A DNA stretch of 64,000 bases from a virus, in the IMG/VR virus record IMGVR_UViG_3300020196_000003. The stretch is one strand, 5' to 3'. The notes beneath the pieces were generated by a model. It made no database searches, was not told the origin of the DNA, and saw nothing but the letters and a program-made list of their open reading frames with translations. Positions within the stretch are counted from its first letter, which is position 1. Every line of letters starts with the position of its first letter. Shown in pieces: positions 8,772 through 18,110 of the stretch. The position numbers and the translations under genes are program-made.

Positions 8772-11717
8772 CTATCTATTATCTATGTAAATTATTACTT
8801 CATTATAATATTCAATGAAGTGTTCGTTCCATAAATCCCATTTTATGTCAATACCATCAACAGAGAAAACTTGGTAATTTGGAAAATTTTTAAGGTAAGT
8901 GTTTCTAAATTTTCTAAAGTTTTCTTTACTTCCTTCATAATAATTTTCATTTAAGTGCCACTCTCCTACAATTTTTTTTACATTATTTTTAATAAACTCA
9001 TAATTATCATCCGTAAAAATATCGTATTCACCACCCTCACAATCGGTTTTTAAAAAATCAATTTTATCTATATTGTATAAGTTCAAAAATTTTGCAAAAG
9101 TAATACTTTCCATTTCATTTTGTGTACCCTTTACTGAGTTGAAAAGTCTGTCGTTTTTGGTAAGACAATCACTGTTCGATATTCCTTTCATGATATGTGT
9201 CACAGGGTTTCCTATTGTATTTTTTACAAGTGTTGGAAAAAGTTCTTTACAAGGTTCGAAACAAAAAATGTGTTTTGGTTTTTTATGTAATATTGAATAA
9301 GTAAATGGCCCTAAACTTGCACCAATATCCAAAACAATGTCACCCTCCTCAACCTCGAAAAATTTTTCATATATTTTATGTTCAAAAATTTCCTTTTTTA
9401 TCGTCTCACTACACCACTCGTTATTAGTTCCCCAATCAAATAAGACCTCATGTACATGATGTGTATTTTCTTCTTTATTTATAATCTTATCTATTTCTTT
9501 TATCACCATTTCAGATGTTATTTGTTTTGAACATTCAAACATTTTTTCACTTCCTTTATGTAAAGGACACCAATTCCAATCACCGGCATCTAACCTGTCC
9601 CAATTAAAACATCCATGACATACATCTTCATTTATGACTCTATATGTATCCAAAGTTGTTTCTGTCCATTTTTTACTAAATCCCGAAATAAGAACTATTG
9701 GTAACTTACAAGCCCAAGCCAACCATGAAAGGCCTGAACCGAGACCTACAAAAAATTCACATGTTGAAAGTTCATTTATTACTTCTTGTAAATCACCCCC
9801 ATTGTATATTTTAACACCTTTTGGATAATAGTTACCCATATAACCATTTCCTTCTTTTGAATAAATTACACATTCATATCCAAGTGAATTCAAATAATCA
9901 ACAACTTCTTGCCAACCATTTTTGTTATTCCAATATTTTGCTTGAGCTGTTGAGTGAAAACCAATACCTGCTTTTTTCTTTTTTGAAACCTCAGGAAGAT
10001 TAAGTTTTGGTCTTATTTCATTATAGTCTAATCCAAGAATATCAGTTGCAGTTTTTTGTAGTGGTTGAAGTTTAAAATCATTTGGATGTCTATTTTGATT
10101 AAACTTACCACTTTCATTATAGTACCATCCAAGTTGATATTGTGCAAAGATATTATAAACAATAACCCCTGGCTCAACAAACTCTATTTCAGGGTATTGG
10201 TCAACAAACAAACTATTTAAAAAAGTTGATACAATGAGTTTGCAATTATGTTTTTTTCTAAATTCTTCGCAGTAAGGCATCCAAGCCAAAGTGTCCCCTA
10301 ATGACTTTGAGCCAAACGATATATATACTCTTTTATTTTCTAAATTTAATATATCTGAAAAAACAACATTTCCATTTTCTTTAATTTCAGTTTTCCATGC
10401 TGTAAAATATTCTCTATTAAGTTTGACCCAAGAATTCATATCAATATTGTTGTTATAAATTATATTATTTTTTTCATCATAAAATGCAACTTCAAATTTT
10501 GAATTGCCGTCACCTACTATTTCAAGATAAGGGTTTACAACAAAATGTTGGTTTATTTTATAATCCTTATCAATCTTTTTGTTTTCAACAAAATCACAAT
10601 TTTGTACTTTGTTATAAAACTTAAATAACTGATTTCCAAAACTTTCTTCTTCTTTGATAATGTAAGTTTTTTTGTCCTCGATTAATTGAATTAATTTTTT
10701 TGAAATATCTTCGAAGTTATTTGAATCAATTGGAGTAATGTAGTCATCAAACATTCCCATGTATTGAGGTAAATTTCTTGTTAAAATTTTAAGACCATAA
10801 CTTATGGACTCACGAACCACAAGAGGATTACACTCAACTAATGAATTAAACATTAAAACATCTGATGCAATCATAAAGGATTCAACATCATTTCTTTCAC
10901 CCCAAATGGTTACGTTAGATGGTAAGTTTTCCATGAGTGGACCCCAATAGTATTCAAAATTTTCGGCCTGATTTCCAACAAAATGGAATTGAATGTTTGG
11001 ATGAGTTTTTTCTAAAATACGAGCAATTTCAATACCTTCTTTTTGATTTTTTCCTTCTGTCCATAACCCAACATTAAGAACATGGGTTTTTGTTAAATCT
11101 AAACCTAATTGTTCTCTTCGATTAATTTTTTCAATCAACGGAACTTTATGTTCTGTTTTTGAAATTGTGTTTTTGTGGTATAAATAACTCACCTTATCCT
11201 CCAATGGATATGTAATGACTTCTTTAGGTGATTGTTTTTTATTATAAAGATTTTCTAAATGATATGGCGTTACAAAACAATAATAATCTGGTTCAAAATT
11301 TTTATTGTTATTTGCATTGTACCAAATATTATGACAAGACTCAACAATTTTATAAGACCTATTGTTATTATAAATCTCGTTTAAAATATTAAGAGGTATT
11401 TTGTTAAAACTTTCAAAACCTTCAGGTACTTCTTCGAAATGAACAATATCTATATTGTTATTTTTTATTATATCAAATAACTCTATTTTTTTTTCTTTTT
11501 CTGTAAAAGAACCAAGAGAAATGAAATGATTATTTCCTAACAAATCTATAATTTTATTTCTTTGTACCAAATAAATTGTGCTAAACTGCGAATATTCAAC
11601 CAAATATACTTCAATTTCATTTTTGAATTTTTGCAAAGATTCAATTCTTTTTAATACAAATTGTGGCATCCCTCCTGTTGAAAGGTGAGGAACCACATAC
11701 ATCAACTTTAATTTCAT
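8772..11717 (-). CDS. tri-domain GT4 / TibC-AAH-type protein O-heptosyltransferase-like / FkbM methyltransferase
   Basis: N-terminal GT4 (PHLSTGG; SDVLMFNSLVECNPLVVRESISYG); central SLGDTLAWMPYCEEFRKKHNC, FVGLGSGLSWLAWA and Cys motif CHGCFN...WCPLH...FEC; C-terminal VLDIGASLG and KTDCEGGE. Confidence 0.8.
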   Translation of the reverse strand: MKLKLMYVVPHLSTGGMPQFVLKRIESLQKFKNEIEVYLVEYSQFSTIYLVQRNKIIDLLGNNHFISLGSFTEKEKKIELFDIIKNNNIDIVHFEEVPEGFESFNKIPLNILNEIYNNNRSYKIVESCHNIWYNANNNKNFEPDYYCFVTPYHLENLYNKKQSPKEVITYPLEDKVSYLYHKNTISKTEHKVPLIEKINRREQLGLDLTKTHVLNVGLWTEGKNQKEGIEIARILEKTHPNIQFHFVGNQAENFEYYWGPLMENLPSNVTIWGERNDVESFMIASDVLMFNSLVECNPLVVRESISYGLKILTRNLPQYMGMFDDYITPIDSNNFEDISKKLIQLIEDKKTYIIKEEESFGNQLFKFYNKVQNCDFVENKKIDKDYKINQHFVVNPYLEIVGDGNSKFEVAFYDEKNNIIYNNNIDMNSWVKLNREYFTAWKTEIKENGNVVFSDILNLENKRVYISFGSKSLGDTLAWMPYCEEFRKKHNCKLIVSTFLNSLFVDQYPEIEFVEPGVIVYNIFAQYQLGWYYNESGKFNQNRHPNDFKLQPLQKTATDILGLDYNEIRPKLNLPEVSKKKKAGIGFHSTAQAKYWNNKNGWQEVVDYLNSLGYECVIYSKEGNGYMGNYYPKGVKIYNGGDLQEVINELSTCEFFVGLGSGLSWLAWACKLPIVLISGFSKKWTETTLDTYRVINEDVCHGCFNWDRLDAGDWNWCPLHKGSEKMFECSKQITSEMVIKEIDKIINKEENTHHVHEVLFDWGTNNEWCSETIKKEIFEHKIYEKFFEVEEGDIVLDIGASLGPFTYSILHKKPKHIFCFEPCKELFPTLVKNTIGNPVTHIMKGISNSDCLTKNDRLFNSVKGTQNEMESITFAKFLNLYNIDKIDFLKTDCEGGEYDIFTDDNYEFIKNNVKKIVGEWHLNENYYEGSKENFRKFRNTYLKNFPNYQVFSVDGIDIKWDLWNEHFIEYYNEVIIYIDNR

Positions 11718-11767
11718 AATTTGAAAATAATTTATTCATATTATTTGTGAAGTTTCTTACATTTTAA

Positions 11768-12757
11768 GTGATGAAAAAAGTTTGTTTGGATTTATCTCAA
11801 TCAAGAGCTCTTGGTGATACATTATGTTCAACACCAACGATTAGAAAATTATATAATTCTTATAATCAAAAAATTTCCATTATAACTCACCACAAAGAAA
11901 TTTTTAAAAACAATCCATATGTTGATGTTATTTTCGATGTTGATGTGGAAAATCTAACAGATGAGTATGAAATTTTTAATTCCTTTGATGTTTTTTATAA
12001 ACCAAATGGTGTTTGTAATAAACATAATGTTATGGATATACGACAATTTCATGCAATTAATCTTGGGTTCATGTTAACAAAAAATGAAATGACCTTAGAT
12101 TATATTCCATCACAAACTTCAATTATGAAAGAAATTCCAAGAAAATATGTTTTAATTCATCCCGTACAGAATTGGAATTCAAGAACTTGGTCAATTGATA
12201 ATTGGAGGGTACTAACAAAATTATTAAACGAGCAAAATATAAATGTGGTTTCAATTGGAAAAAATTCATCTGAGTTTGGAGGTTCAAATGTGGAAAAACA
12301 TGTTTTTGATTTTGATATTGATTTGGGGGTTAATTTAATGAACAAAACAACTTTAGATGAAACATGGAACTTGATTGAATATTCATTGTGTTTTGTTACA
12401 ATGGACTCAGGACTTTTACATTTGGCAGGAACAACCGATGCTCAAATAATTCAACTTGGAAGTTCAATAAACTATGAATTTAGAGCTCCTTATAGAAATG
12501 GTTCACAAGATTACAAATATTCTTACGTTGGTGGTGGTTGTAATTTGGCATGTGCTTCTGATATGAAACATGGGGTAAAAGAATGGGGGTCAATTCAAGG
12601 GATACCCCCACTTGTTAATTGTTTAGAAAATAAAAAATCATTTGAATGTCATCCTACGGTATTACAGGTATATAGAAAAATAATGGAATTACTGCAGTCT
12701 GTATTTATAATATATGGCAACATTCAAGACATGAATTTTTTTCAAGTCAAAGTTTAA
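11768..12757 (+). CDS. GT9 (heptosyltransferase-like) glycosyltransferase
   Basis: LGDTLCSTPTIRKL, FVTMDSGLLHLA and a Cys-containing C-terminus; the last ~20 aa appear to read through the cassette junction. Confidence 0.75.
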   Translation: MMKKVCLDLSQSRALGDTLCSTPTIRKLYNSYNQKISIITHHKEIFKNNPYVDVIFDVDVENLTDEYEIFNSFDVFYKPNGVCNKHNVMDIRQFHAINLGFMLTKNEMTLDYIPSQTSIMKEIPRKYVLIHPVQNWNSRTWSIDNWRVLTKLLNEQNINVVSIGKNSSEFGGSNVEKHVFDFDIDLGVNLMNKTTLDETWNLIEYSLCFVTMDSGLLHLAGTTDAQIIQLGSSINYEFRAPYRNGSQDYKYSYVGGGCNLACASDMKHGVKEWGSIQGIPPLVNCLENKKSFECHPTVLQVYRKIMELLQSVFIIYGNIQDMNFFQVKV

Positions 12758-13328
12758 TTTTTCTTTGGTTTGAATTTTTTTAAGTATTGATGGTTTTTTG
12801 TTTTCAATTGGGTATTGAAGAACTTTTTTATAAACTTTTTCTAATTCGAACGTTTTTAAATGATATGGAGTTACAAACAAATATGAGTCAGGACGAAATT
12901 TTCTGTTTTTTGGATCAAACCAAATGTTATGACATGTCTCAACAATCTTCCAAGTTCTTTTGTTATCATATAACTCGGTAAGAATACTAATTGGAATTTG
13001 ATTGAAACTTTCAAACCCTTCAGAAATTTCTTCAATGTGAACAATATCAATTTGATTTTTTTTTATGATATCAACTAACTTATTTTTTTTTTTCGATATG
13101 GTTTGGTGTTCCCAAAGAATAAAAATTATCTTCACCGATTAGGTCTATTATTTTATTTCTTTGGACAACATATTGATTACCAAAATAAGAATATTCAACA
13201 ACGTTTACTTTAAAATTATTATATAAAGATTGAATTCTTTTCAATGCAAATTGGGGCATCCCACCTGTTGATAAGTGAGGAACAACGTATAATATATTAA
13301 TTTTTATCGATAGAAAATTTTGTTTCAT
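12689..13328 (-). pseudogene. frameshifted, truncated paralog of the GT4 N-terminus of 8772..11717
   Basis: YVVPHLSTGGMPQF...IDIVHIEEISEGFESFN...ETCHNIW...FVTPYHL...HVLNV, split at an A11 run (13083-13093); homology stops at ~12718. Confidence 0.85.
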
Positions 13329-13421
13329 TTAACTTAATAATAAAAAACATTTAAAAAAAATCATTTATTTATTATTAATTTCGAACTATTTGAAATTAAA
13401 ATCGATCTTTTACTTAAAAAA

Positions 13422-13844
13422 TTATTGTGTAATACACGGATTCCAACTTGGTGTTGGTGTTGGACTGTTGCTCACGGTAGGGGTTGGAGTTGGGGTTGAT
13501 GTTGTGGTTGGTGTTAATGTTGGAACTTTACAAGGATCGATAGATGGTGTTGGTGTTATCGTTGAAGTTGGAGTTGGTGTGGGGGTTTTTGTTGGAGTAA
13601 TAGTCGGAGTTGGTGTAGGAGTCGGTCTAACAACATCTAAAAAATAAGGACAATTAGAAAAAACAGGTTTGATAGTATATGATCCATATATTTCTCTTGG
13701 TGGATATAATAAATGAGGTTCAAATAAGAATGGTAATGTTATTTCGTGTAAATTAATGACAACATCATCATTGTCTGGTTTGAATAACACTTCTGCTAAT
13801 TCACCATCATAAAAAACACTTCGAATTATTATATTTTGACTCAT
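13422..13844 (-). CDS. Pro-Thr-repeat (mucin-like) protein
   Basis: 140 aa; C-terminal (PT)n tracts punctuated by DPC/NPC. Confidence 0.75.
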   Translation of the reverse strand: MSQNIIIRSVFYDGELAEVLFKPDNDDVVINLHEITLPFLFEPHLLYPPREIYGSYTIKPVFSNCPYFLDVVRPTPTPTPTITPTKTPTPTPTSTITPTPSIDPCKVPTLTPTTTSTPTPTPTVSNSPTPTPSWNPCITQ

Positions 13845-16031
13845 CTATGTATTAATTATTGTGTATGTAAAATCATTAGGGAAACATGATGATGTGTCAC
13901 ATACAGGACAATCGGGGTCGAACATGCTAAACTTATCTTTTAATATTTTAAAATTGTGTTTCACCTCAGGACTAGAAATAGGTTGAGTATAAAATCTAAA
14001 TTGAGAAATTGCACCGTCTAAAGTTCCTGCAAAATTTTCTTCCAATAAAATGTGTGTTTTCAATTTATTTAAAGTTGTTGCACTCAATATGTTTTCAGGA
14101 AAACATTCGGGATCTTGAATATAATACCCTTCTGACGTATCGGTACAAGAAGATAAGGTAAGATTTTCATGAAGTCCTTGAGTTCCCCCACCCCAAGACA
14201 TATTGAACGGAACGGCCACTTGTCTTTCTTTGTCGGTGTCTAAAGCCCTCGGAATTACTTCTTCAAAATTTTCGATAGTATAAAATATTCTTCCATTGAT
14301 ATAGATTTTTAATCTACCCAACCTAAATTTAGTTTCATCTAACCAAATTCGATTTAGTTGGACTATCTTTACTTGTTGTGGGATTTCATATCCATTTGTG
14401 TAAGGAGGTTGGATTAAGGATACTGTGTTATTTGCCAAACTTTGTAAAAACTCTACTCTTGTTATTTGATCTAATCCACCAAACCATCTGAGGTCACAAA
14501 AATCTATAAAAGTATAACGTTCGAAAACAACATCCAATAAGAACCAATGCTCTAAGTTTAACCAAGCTGGATTTACTTCTAAACAATAAGGATAAATTGG
14601 TGGCGTACAAATATCTTGTATTGTATATCCAGTGACATAAGTTTGACCTGTTACACATGTTCCAGTAGTTTGACATTCTCCTGTAATTTTCAAAACTCGA
14701 ATTCCAATACCAGGATTTTTTGGGTCGCCACACAAACGGATAGAAAAATTATTTGACAAAGCGTCAAATTTTGGATCTTTTTCACAAGTATCCTCTATTG
14801 ATTTAAAGACATTGGAAGGTTCAGTTGGCGGACATCCACAAGTATCACAACCACAACTTGGACATGCCGTACAACAAGGTTTTGTTGGGCATGGTATCAC
14901 ATCAGAATATGTATCACATGATGGAGTTGGTGATGGAGTAGGTGTTGGTGTTGGTGTCGGGACAATTATTGTTTCACACTTATGTTCGAAACACATCCAT
15001 CCACAGGTTTTACAGGGGTCCAAATCACAACCGCATCCACATGTCAGTTTTGTTTCATAATTCCCATTACATAAGTTACATCCGTAATTCACATGAGGAT
15101 CGTATTCACCACCAATTGGTCTCGGCGGATATACGTAAATACATCTACTATTTTTGATATCATAATTACAACAAGCACAAGTTTCGAAACAATTAGTTAA
15201 ACCACTTGTAACTCTCGTATAATTTGAGTCGCATTTTGGTGAACCATCGGCATAATGATAAAATTTATTTTCTGCTCTTGTTCCCAAATAGAATAACGTA
15301 TTTTTGTTTTTTGGATAAATTTCATTCAAAGTTGTATATCCAACAGGTGGGTTGTATTCATTAAAAAATCTTGGTTTTAACAAAACTTCAACTGACCATC
15401 CTTTATTGAATCGTTCAGGTAATATTTCATAGTCATAACCAAATAATTTATAAAAACCTTGATAAAATCCACCATATAGTTCAATGTATCTCCCAACTTG
15501 GGGACTATACTTAGAAACCATTTCGTAAGAAGTGTAGTAAGTAACACCTGAAAATTTATTGTTCTTTGGTACATTTGTTGTTGTTTGAATAAGTTTCATT
15601 CTTCGGTCATAAAACATTCTATTAAATTTTACTTCATCACTAAAAAGTCCGTTTGTAAAATTTAATAATTCACCTTCAATTAAATTTACCAATCCGTTAT
15701 CAACTCCCGTTAATCCAATATCACAAGTTGTTCCAGCGGTGAAACATTCAATTCTTAAATCCTCGGGTTGATAAAAAGTTTCAGATATAACAACATTTTC
15801 AAAATTGTAGGACCCATAGTTTAATGTTAAATTTAAGGAAGATAGAGGGCTATTCAAATCAATATTAATGGGTAATTTTTTACCGTCATTAACACCTATT
15901 ATATATGGTGAAAAAATAACTTCTTGATTGAAGTCGACCTCATCGGAAGCTAAAGACATATCTTGTCCATCATAAAGGACTTGTAATTTTAACTTTGGGT
16001 AAATATATTGATTTATATTTTGATAAGACAT
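13845..16031 (-). CDS. Cys-rich putative virion protein with PT linker and LamG/ConA-like elements
   Basis: 728 aa, ~38 Cys; LKIYING and GAISQFRFY..PIS..EV..NF segments resemble LamG. Confidence 0.65.
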   Translation of the reverse strand: MSYQNINQYIYPKLKLQVLYDGQDMSLASDEVDFNQEVIFSPYIIGVNDGKKLPINIDLNSPLSSLNLTLNYGSYNFENVVISETFYQPEDLRIECFTAGTTCDIGLTGVDNGLVNLIEGELLNFTNGLFSDEVKFNRMFYDRRMKLIQTTTNVPKNNKFSGVTYYTSYEMVSKYSPQVGRYIELYGGFYQGFYKLFGYDYEILPERFNKGWSVEVLLKPRFFNEYNPPVGYTTLNEIYPKNKNTLFYLGTRAENKFYHYADGSPKCDSNYTRVTSGLTNCFETCACCNYDIKNSRCIYVYPPRPIGGEYDPHVNYGCNLCNGNYETKLTCGCGCDLDPCKTCGWMCFEHKCETIIVPTPTPTPTPSPTPSCDTYSDVIPCPTKPCCTACPSCGCDTCGCPPTEPSNVFKSIEDTCEKDPKFDALSNNFSIRLCGDPKNPGIGIRVLKITGECQTTGTCVTGQTYVTGYTIQDICTPPIYPYCLEVNPAWLNLEHWFLLDVVFERYTFIDFCDLRWFGGLDQITRVEFLQSLANNTVSLIQPPYTNGYEIPQQVKIVQLNRIWLDETKFRLGRLKIYINGRIFYTIENFEEVIPRALDTDKERQVAVPFNMSWGGGTQGLHENLTLSSCTDTSEGYYIQDPECFPENILSATTLNKLKTHILLEENFAGTLDGAISQFRFYTQPISSPEVKHNFKILKDKFSMFDPDCPVCDTSSCFPNDFTYTIINT

Positions 16032-16042
16032 GCGTTTTTCTT

Positions 16043-16069
16043 ATAAATACAACAATTGAAAGTATTTAT
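16043..16069. promoter_or_regulatory. divergent pair of GTATTTAT motifs
   Basis: ATAAATAC (16043-16050) and GTATTTAT (16062-16069), facing ATGs at 16031(-) and 16085(+). Confidence 0.65.
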
Positions 16070-16084
16070 TGTAAAAAATATAAC

Positions 16085-16975
16085 ATGATTAAGTTGAACA
16101 AAGAGTATTTTCGAAAACCATATTATTTCTATTTGAAAGATAAAGGTGATAAAATCTTAGTATACTTTTCTGTGTCAGATACTTTGAGTGAATCTAGACA
16201 AAATGATCAGTTTATTGAAATAGATAAGTCAGTATTTGAGGAAATACAAAATATTATTACCAAAATATTGAAGTCAAACAAAAAATTAACCAAACAACAA
16301 GTTCATAAATTAATTGATTCTCAATCAAAAAAACAAACTACACCCAAAGAATTGGATGAGTTGGTCAATCCCGATGGATCAATGATTAGTTCAAACATTC
16401 CGATTTTAAATCAAAGAAATTTGGCCAAAAAAACGATGGACCAAACTGTGAGAATGACAAAATCTAATCAATTTCCTTTCATCAGAGTTTATTATGGTGA
16501 GAGTGAAGAAAACAAAGGTAATATTTTAGATGAAGTTGATCAATCAGAATCATTTGGGTTTGAAGAAACTGAGTTTGCAAAAAACTACAATCAAGCAAAT
16601 AAAATTATGATAAACACATTAAAAGTTAAAGACAACATCCAAAGAGACAAAAGATTAAAAAGATTAGGTTTCGATAAAAAATTGGATAAAGAACTTCAGC
16701 AAGACAAAAAACGAGGAAAGTGTAAAAATTGTTTTACAAAAAGAAGATTATCAGAATTAGAAAAAGAAAAAATGGAAATTTTAATTGACGAAATTCTTTT
16801 ATCAAAAAAAACAAAACATTCCGATGTTGTTAAAAATAAAACAAGTGAAATCGACACATCAAAACCTATTTCGAAAATATTGATGAGAAACATCGAAGCG
16901 ATTAAAAAAATTGCAGAAAAGGAAAATATAAGTGTTGACAGTTTAGTTAAACATTTAAAAAAAAGTGAACAGTAA
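16085..16975 (+). CDS. hypothetical protein (start reassigned to ATG 16085)
   Basis: ORF track 15995..16975; the in-frame ATG just after the TATTTAT motif avoids overlap with the divergent gene. Confidence 0.7.
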   Translation: MIKLNKEYFRKPYYFYLKDKGDKILVYFSVSDTLSESRQNDQFIEIDKSVFEEIQNIITKILKSNKKLTKQQVHKLIDSQSKKQTTPKELDELVNPDGSMISSNIPILNQRNLAKKTMDQTVRMTKSNQFPFIRVYYGESEENKGNILDEVDQSESFGFEETEFAKNYNQANKIMINTLKVKDNIQRDKRLKRLGFDKKLDKELQQDKKRGKCKNCFTKRRLSELEKEKMEILIDEILLSKKTKHSDVVKNKTSEIDTSKPISKILMRNIEAIKKIAEKENISVDSLVKHLKKSEQ

Positions 16976-17435
16976 TTTATACAATAAAACAATTCAACTA
17001 CCGGATAAGGTTGTAGAGTACTTACAAATTTGTTTTGATCATATACCAAATTCAGATCCTTCAATCGAAGGACACAAAAGGAATGAAGAATTAAGAAATA
17101 GTGGGTATGCAACTTATCAACAGCTTGGTAGAATAAAAAATTGGTTCGATAATTACAATGGTGATAAGACTGACGCCCCATTTATTTTGAATGGCGCGGA
17201 CTATATGAAAAATTGGGTAAATACCACTTTAGAAGATTTAAGAAATCATGAAGATGCTTCCGAATTTATTCAACAAGAATTTATGCCAAATTCGACAGAT
17301 GACTTAACATTAAAAAATTTGGGACCCCTTGGCGATATGATAAGTCCTTCAAAAGAACATTCAAGATTCGTTCAAGACATCTCAATAAAAGAAGACCTTG
17401 ATAGGATAAACAATTTAATAAAAAAAATAATTTAA
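16965..17435 (+). CDS. hypothetical protein
   Basis: 156-aa ORF in operon; ends IKEDLDRINNLIKKII. Confidence 0.7.
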   Translation: MNSNLYNKTIQLPDKVVEYLQICFDHIPNSDPSIEGHKRNEELRNSGYATYQQLGRIKNWFDNYNGDKTDAPFILNGADYMKNWVNTTLEDLRNHEDASEFIQQEFMPNSTDDLTLKNLGPLGDMISPSKEHSRFVQDISIKEDLDRINNLIKKII

Positions 17436-17436
17436 A

Positions 17437-17721
17437 ATGCAAACAGAAAGATTAGATTTTAGCCAACCACCAAATGACTTAACGGCAATTGCCGATCTTC
17501 AAAGAAAAAGTTTGATTGTAAAAAATGATTACAAAACAGATAACCCTTATTCTGCGGTAAATCCTGACGCCCTTTCCGATGGAGATGAATCAGGTAAAGG
17601 TACAGGAATTTTCTTAGATACGGTCAATGGAGGTTCTTCTATTGATATTATCGAAAGAAAAAATGAAATTAAAATAAACGAATATCAACCAGACAAACCC
17701 TACACTACTCCATCGGCTTAA
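17437..17721 (+). CDS. hypothetical protein
   Basis: 94-aa ORF coupled to its neighbours. Confidence 0.7.
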   Translation: MQTERLDFSQPPNDLTAIADLQRKSLIVKNDYKTDNPYSAVNPDALSDGDESGKGTGIFLDTVNGGSSIDIIERKNEIKINEYQPDKPYTTPSA

Positions 17722-18101
17722 TGAAACTTTACAAAACATTAAATAATCTTATTTTAGAAATAGCATCAAAAAATCAAATTGTTGACGCTATTAAAAATAA
17801 ACAAGTGTGCGTAATTTATTATAACGGTGATGAACCAGGTGGAAAAGGTCTAAGAGTTATTGAACCTGTTGCATTTGGATTGAGTAAAAAAGGAAACCCC
17901 GTGTTAAGAGCTTGGGATAGAGAAGGAGCTTCTCACAGAGGTTATTTGGGTAAAAAACCATTACCAAGTTGGAGGTTTTTCAGGGTTGATAAAATGGAAT
18001 TTATTAGACCAACTCAAGAAACTTTCGATACTCCAAGACCTAATTACAATTCATCAGGAGATAAAAGTATGTCGAGACTAATTATAAACGCGGTATTTTA
18101 A
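17721..18101 (+). CDS. stand-alone WYL-domain protein
   Basis: AI..KQV..IYY...RVIEPVAFG...LRAWD...WRFFRVDKM pattern of the WYL fold. Confidence 0.8.
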   Translation: MKLYKTLNNLILEIASKNQIVDAIKNKQVCVIYYNGDEPGGKGLRVIEPVAFGLSKKGNPVLRAWDREGASHRGYLGKKPLPSWRFFRVDKMEFIRPTQETFDTPRPNYNSSGDKSMSRLIINAVF

Positions 18102-18110
18102 TCGAAAAAT

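Noticed and set aside
1998-12718. Recombinase-driven invertible segment (shufflon)
   Set aside because: No terminal inverted repeats or recombinase seen; re-inversion restores no gene
13390-13647. Gly-Val-rich plus-strand ORFs (also 14812, 56561, 54463, 60830)
   Set aside because: Antisense shadows of Pro-Thr or Pro-Ala repeats in real minus-strand genes
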